DNA of 57,023 nucleotides, the filler included, from Platydemus manokwari (Eukaryota), in assembly GCA_037951405.1 (NCBI GenBank). It is 5 parts of 5 records of this genome, joined end to end, with 100 filler letters (N's around TTAATTAATTAA, not from the genome) between each part and the next. Parts side by side here need not be neighbours in the genome. Positions count along the whole stretch, not along the records: positions 46,958 to 57,023 come from JBBMOY011172656.1; 4 more parts are not named here. One strand, given 5' to 3'. The translations under genes and the position numbers were made by a program. Below are positions 51,750 to 57,023 of the stretch, piece after piece. A model generated the notes under the pieces. It searched no databases and was not told the DNA's origin. It was given only the letters and a program-made list of their open reading frames with translations. The stretch's first letter is position 1. Each line of letters opens with the position of its first letter.

Positions 51750-52200
51750 TTTCGATTGCTTAATTCAGATGAATTATCGGCACGCAAACGTGCTCGATTG
51801 CTTAATAGGCGGTTTGCGAATTATATTCGATAGTGGATAAAGCGAATCAAACTTATTGCTTAATACAGTTTTGAGATATACGTATATATTAACAATATTG
51901 AAAGCCGGTTTGCAACATCAGAATTTCTTTAAAATATGTAAAGCAGTCCACTAAACATCTGTGAGCTACAGACAATTATTGCAATTATATAACCCAGTCG
52001 GAATGTTACACTGGTCTCAAAAATTATCAAATTAGGCCGAAAGACCTATCGATATATTGCTGGATCTGGTTTCTCCAATAAAAAGTATATGAGAGATAGC
52101 AATGCTTAGTCGAAATAAGCTTCATGGAGAATCATTTATATGAAATTTAAATTTGCGTTCCCCAAATATGGATAATCTGGAAAACATATGTTCTTATCTC
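51750..52200 (+). mobile_element. Probable decayed PIF/Harbinger transposase 5' fragment
   Basis: Fragments KNY..., DILLDLVSPIK, RNKL, GES, FKFAF resemble the Harbinger N-terminus F.NY.RM....F..LL.LV.P.I.K..T.MR.AI....KL...L..LATG.SY. Preceded by three ATTGCTTAAT repeats. Confidence 0.45.
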
Positions 52201-55200
52201 TCGGATAAGATTGTTCTTTCTTACTATTCGATGCAAATTGTGACTTCCTACTCTTAGTTTTAAACCTTGCTTGATACGAAATAAAAAGTCCATAATAGAG
52301 CATAGTCACTGATTTTAGTGTTATACCATACATTTCATTGTGTTCTTATTAATTGTGTTCTTATTAATAATTGTGTTTATTTTCCTTATTGCTTGGCACA
52401 TCATCAACTGTTACAGTATATTTTCAGTTAATCATGTTAGGAGTATTTACTATCAGCTAATATTTACATTTATTTCATTTATATGCCTCAAATTTTTAAT
52501 GTTTCACAATGGCGCAATTCTTTTACTAATTAGATCATTTTATAGAAAACTCCGAGCATGACTTCTTTCAAATATTACCACTTTAAAAACTTTTAGTAAA
52601 ATAAAACCTTTTACAATATGAGGAAAATATTATTATTAAAGAAGATTTTTTGTGTTTACAAGATCTTTTAAGACTCGATTGAAAATTATTGAGAGAGGAG
52701 TGATCGAACTTTAAAATTCCAACATTTTAAACCGGCAAAAAATGCACTTTACATATCCAATCGAAAATATAAAAAATTTAAAAATCAAGTATAGCTAAAT
52801 CATCTTGTTTAATGCATTATCAATAATACAAACATTCTTTCCATGAATTATGTTATAAATAATAATGGAAATAGACTTTCAGCCAACTTTGAATGTATCT
52901 TATTGTATGTATCAATTTTAAAATATGAGCAGTTTCTATTTTTCAGTTGGTTTCATAGAGACAATTCAAGATTTAGTGTATGATTATCATTGAATATATT
53001 GTTATTTATTTAAACTTATGAAATTTAGTGTTAATCGAAAGTTTAATTTGTTCATGAATTTATTTATAAATCTCGGAACTGATGACCTAATTTTCGGACA
53101 AATTCTTAATGTACAAATAATTAATTATAAATAATTTTTCAAATTGCTTTAATTTTTTATTGAAAAATTTAAGTAAAAAAGGATTTAGTTTCCAAGTAGT
53201 AGTTTATAAGACATCGATCGTAATATATATTCGTAGGACCTTTAGCGAAAGTAAGAAAAACCTGAAATAAATTGGAAAAATCATGTATGGTTGAGATTTC
53301 AATAGCAAGCTGATATGAAGATAAAATTAGGCATTAATTACCTAATTATTAAGTTTCTATTAAGCCTGTTTAGTTTCGATACCAGAATGTGCATTTGCCC
53401 TATAAATGAAACAGTATTTGTCAACGGTGAGGTGCTTTCTAAATAAGTGAGGTGCTATCGAAATAATTCCTTAATTAAATAATGATTATAACTTGTAACT
53501 GGGCAATGAATTAGTCAGATATCGTAACATACGATTATTGAGAATAAAACAATTTCCTATTGAAAGATGTATTAACCACTTAAGCATCTCGAACGAGAAC
53601 CTCTCGCGCATCAAATATGTTCTGATTTGCGCTATCCCGAGTACCTCTCATCACTAATAAATATTATGTTTATATTTTAATCTGGAGTGATACCTTCTCG
53701 CCCGTTTGTATTTCATAGAGCTTAATGAATATTTATTGTATGCTCGTTCGAATTTAGTTTCACAGTTCGAATTTTCATTTCACAGAAAAACCTTCGCATT
53801 AAGTAATTAATAACATAATAAATGCGAATCCGCTGCAGAACTATGCCAAAATGTAATAATGTAGTTAAAGTCATTTCTTAATAGAATGACATGGTTTATG
53901 ACATGGTTCATGAAATAATTACAGTTATAAAAATGAAAATTACACAATGTTTTTAGTTTTAATGTAACTCAGGTAATTAAAGGTTGCGTAATAATATTAG
54001 AAGTTAATTACTGACAAAAAGTCATAGAAATACTTTTAAAGTATTAAGATCAGATTTTACACACTGATTAAGTGGATGATGAAAGCCACAAAATAATAAA
54101 GTCACAAAGTGCAGGAACATATTTTCTTTTCATTATTCCATTGATTATGAATTATGGATTGATTGCTGTTGGTCGGGAATTGATGTTGTCTGCAAATGAT
54201 AGAACCGGTTTAGAGTTGGCAATTTATTATTGTAACAATAGGTTGTTTAAGATAAAAAATTGTGATTTATTGTGAACTGGTTATGGGCGAAAATTGAGTT
54301 TTAACAATAAATATATTGCATTTTATACATTTAAAAACTTTCCCTTGAACAATTTAAATGTAAAATTTTTGTGATTTCAACATTGTTTGAATTGGATTTT
54401 AAAATGTTTAAAATATTATTTTAAAATATATTTATTTTCTGCTGTTAAATTTAAAAATTGGTCATATATAAATAATTTGTGATATAAAATTAAAAATCGT
54501 ATAAAAATAACTTTCGATATCATGAGTGAAATACGTTTAAAAATATTTGTAAATGTCAACATTGTCAAATTTACTGCAAAACTGAAATTTAGCTGATCAA
54601 AAGAAAGAATTAGAAATTTTTTTATATATTTCATGTTTAAGATAGTTATAATTGCCTTATTCATATTTTCCAAAATAATATTGTTCGCCAGTGTTGGATT
54701 TAATCCATTAATATAATTATAATTCAGTTTATTGGAGAATAAATATTGTTGATATGATAGTTGGAAAATAAATCTCAACCTTACAATCCCATGCACTAAT
54801 GTTCCTCATATTGAGTGAAAATTAAAGTCTCCTTTTTTCTTTAAACTTATTTGATTGCTTCTCTAGTGACCACATTAATTACAGAAATAAAATTTACTTA
54901 ATCTGTTCAATCTAAACATTTATTATATCCGGAATGAAACAGGAAGTTATATTCCTTATTGAATCTGATAACTATTAAGCAATATTATGGATCATATGGA
55001 ACCTGATATATTTATTAATGCTAAATATAAAAAAAACAATTTTCACTTTATTACAATTATAATTTTCAGTAAAATAATTAAATTATTTATTCTTGAATAT
55101 TGTTCCAGTGAATATTCTATTGTGAACTTTACAATGATCGAAATCTCGAATTATAATAACACTGGAAAAATTCTTTTGCTGATTTGTTACCTTTAATAGT

Positions 55201-57023
55201 ATTTAAATCCAAATCCCAAAAGAATTTCCATATATTGATGGATCGTGTATATATGTTACTCATGGATAAGTCAAGAATTCTTAAATGAACAGATTAAATC
55301 ATCAAAGTAAATTCTTTATAATTAATTCAATAAAACTTGTCTCGATATGAAATTGTTTTATGAGGTTATAAAATAAAAATTATTATAATATCTTTAATAA
55401 TTATTAATAGTATTATAGATAATTTAAATTATAAATATATTATAATAAATTATGAATAATTCACTTAGAAATTTGACTTTGACATTGTAAAAGCTCTTCA
55501 CTTGTTATTTTATAGTAAAATATACCAGATATACAACAATATTTTGAATTCCTTTTTGGATTTGGATTCGAATGTTAATTAGCTTAATCAATGGTATTAG
55601 TCCATCCGTTTACACTCTAATATCTTCTATATTAGATTTCAGAGGAATTGTTTTTTAATATATTTTAAACTGACAACATATCTGCATCAATATACTACAA
55701 AGAAGGGTGATTTACACAGTCCCAAAACTGAAAAAATCAGATAACATGATGGAGTATTGTTTATTTTTATATAGAATTCAAACAAATTTTATGATATACA
55801 TATACATATTTGAGTTTAGAAGAATTTTAATATAACTGATGAGACGTCGAATCACGGGACTTTTAAAAATCCCTTTTAATTTTAAAAACTTACATATACT
55901 CACAACAAAACATGCAGATTCATCATCCATTTATATAATGTATAAAGTCTTCCTGCTATTAAGATATTGGGTCAAATAATCTCCAGGTAATACAAATAAA
56001 CCGGAACCAGGAGGAAATTACAATCACCAGCTAAACCAGAATAATAGATACTCTACTGACACAGAAAAAAGCTACACCTTATAACTCTATTGTGCTGAAA
56101 AAGACAGTTATTATTATTAGTTTTAATCCCACAGATTGTTCATTAGGTATATTATTCTACACTTTAACGTCAATATAAATATCATAATTTTCCAGCATAA
56201 GAACAGGATATAAACCCTCGCGACAACAGCTTAGATTATGAAATGGTGATTTTGTTTTTAAATTAAGAAAGTTTATAAATTTTTCTCTCTAACGTCATCT
56301 TGGATAGCTTCACCTTAGCATTTTACTATCGATTTTTAGATTATGTAACAAACTTAAATAATTATTATAATTCCTCTAATTAAAAATGTAATCACAGTAA
56401 TTTTTTAAATAAAAATAAATAATTGATCATTCTCTAATTACATACAGTCTTCATAATGTCTATAGTTAATAATTTTTAACCATACCCAGTGACATTTTAT
56501 TAAGGTGTATAGAGGGTGGTATAACGAGTAATTTGACCACAATACATATTTAATCAATTATGAACCATGACGCTATTTATCCATTTTGCTTTTTTAATTA
56601 GTAGATGATCAAATCAAAATGTTTACTTCAATTTATAAACCAACGTTAAAATATTTATTATATTTTTGATTTAATTCGTTTTAATTTGTTATCTAAATGT
56701 TTAATGTCACCCTGTTAATAAACTAATAATTGCAAAATTTATAATCAACATTCTGTCATTTAACTACCTATCGTGAAATGGAAACTAGTAGTCATTGTGA
56801 GCATTTTGAATTAAATTAAAATTTTGAAAGAGTTAAAATAGTATAAAATTTGATTTTATATAAAATTTATTTCTGTATAAAATCTTTTAGTATAAAATCA
56901 TTCAATTTGCTTAAATGATTTTATTTAAATATAATTTGATGTCATGACTTTTCAGTTTGTTTCCAATGCCTGTTTTATAAAATAGCAGCGGCTTACAATA
57001 GTGATTTCTTATAATGTGTGTAC

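Noticed and set aside
55826-55860. CTGATGAG-ACGT-CGAA as a minimal hammerhead ribozyme
   Set aside because: The core reads GAAT rather than GAAA, and no stem I/III or cleavage triplet can be formed. Other CTGANGA hits (4282, 29109, 47783) also fail.
46958-57023. Short ORFs after the last spacer as genes or as the missing receptor 5' exons
   Set aside because: Low-complexity AT-driven ORFs; no signal-peptide, RPV or DEKNQ exon with valid splice sites was found.

Overview
AT-rich eukaryotic genomic scaffold with many ~45-60 nt GT-AG introns. A free-living flatworm such as a planarian is my inference and is not provable from the window. Four 100-nt N spacers carrying the six-frame-stop linker TTAATTAATTAA break the window, so adjacency across them is uncertain. 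Genes reconstructed by eye: two probable 3' exons of an unidentified + strand gene; a complete 10-exon three-domain gelsolin/severin-like gene (-); a head-to-head gelsolin paralog (+) cut off by a gap; a clan-2 cytochrome P450 (-) whose last (heme-Cys) exon is not visible; an intronless AC9-like transmembrane adenylyl cyclase (+) with Lys at the catalytic Arg position; a divergent alpha7-like nicotinic receptor subunit (-) lacking the loop C vicinal cysteines and its 5' exons; and, directly upstream on the same strand, two orphan exons encoding a SynGAP/DAB2IP-type PH domain. Intergenic and intronic DNA holds two mariner elements, two 123-bp hAT MITEs with perfect 8-bp TSDs, decayed Ty3/gypsy, hAT and Harbinger fragments, LTR-like segments and microsatellites. 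I found no multi-gene novel system. The best leads are the atypical cyclase, the atypical receptor subunit and the PH/nAChR juxtaposition.
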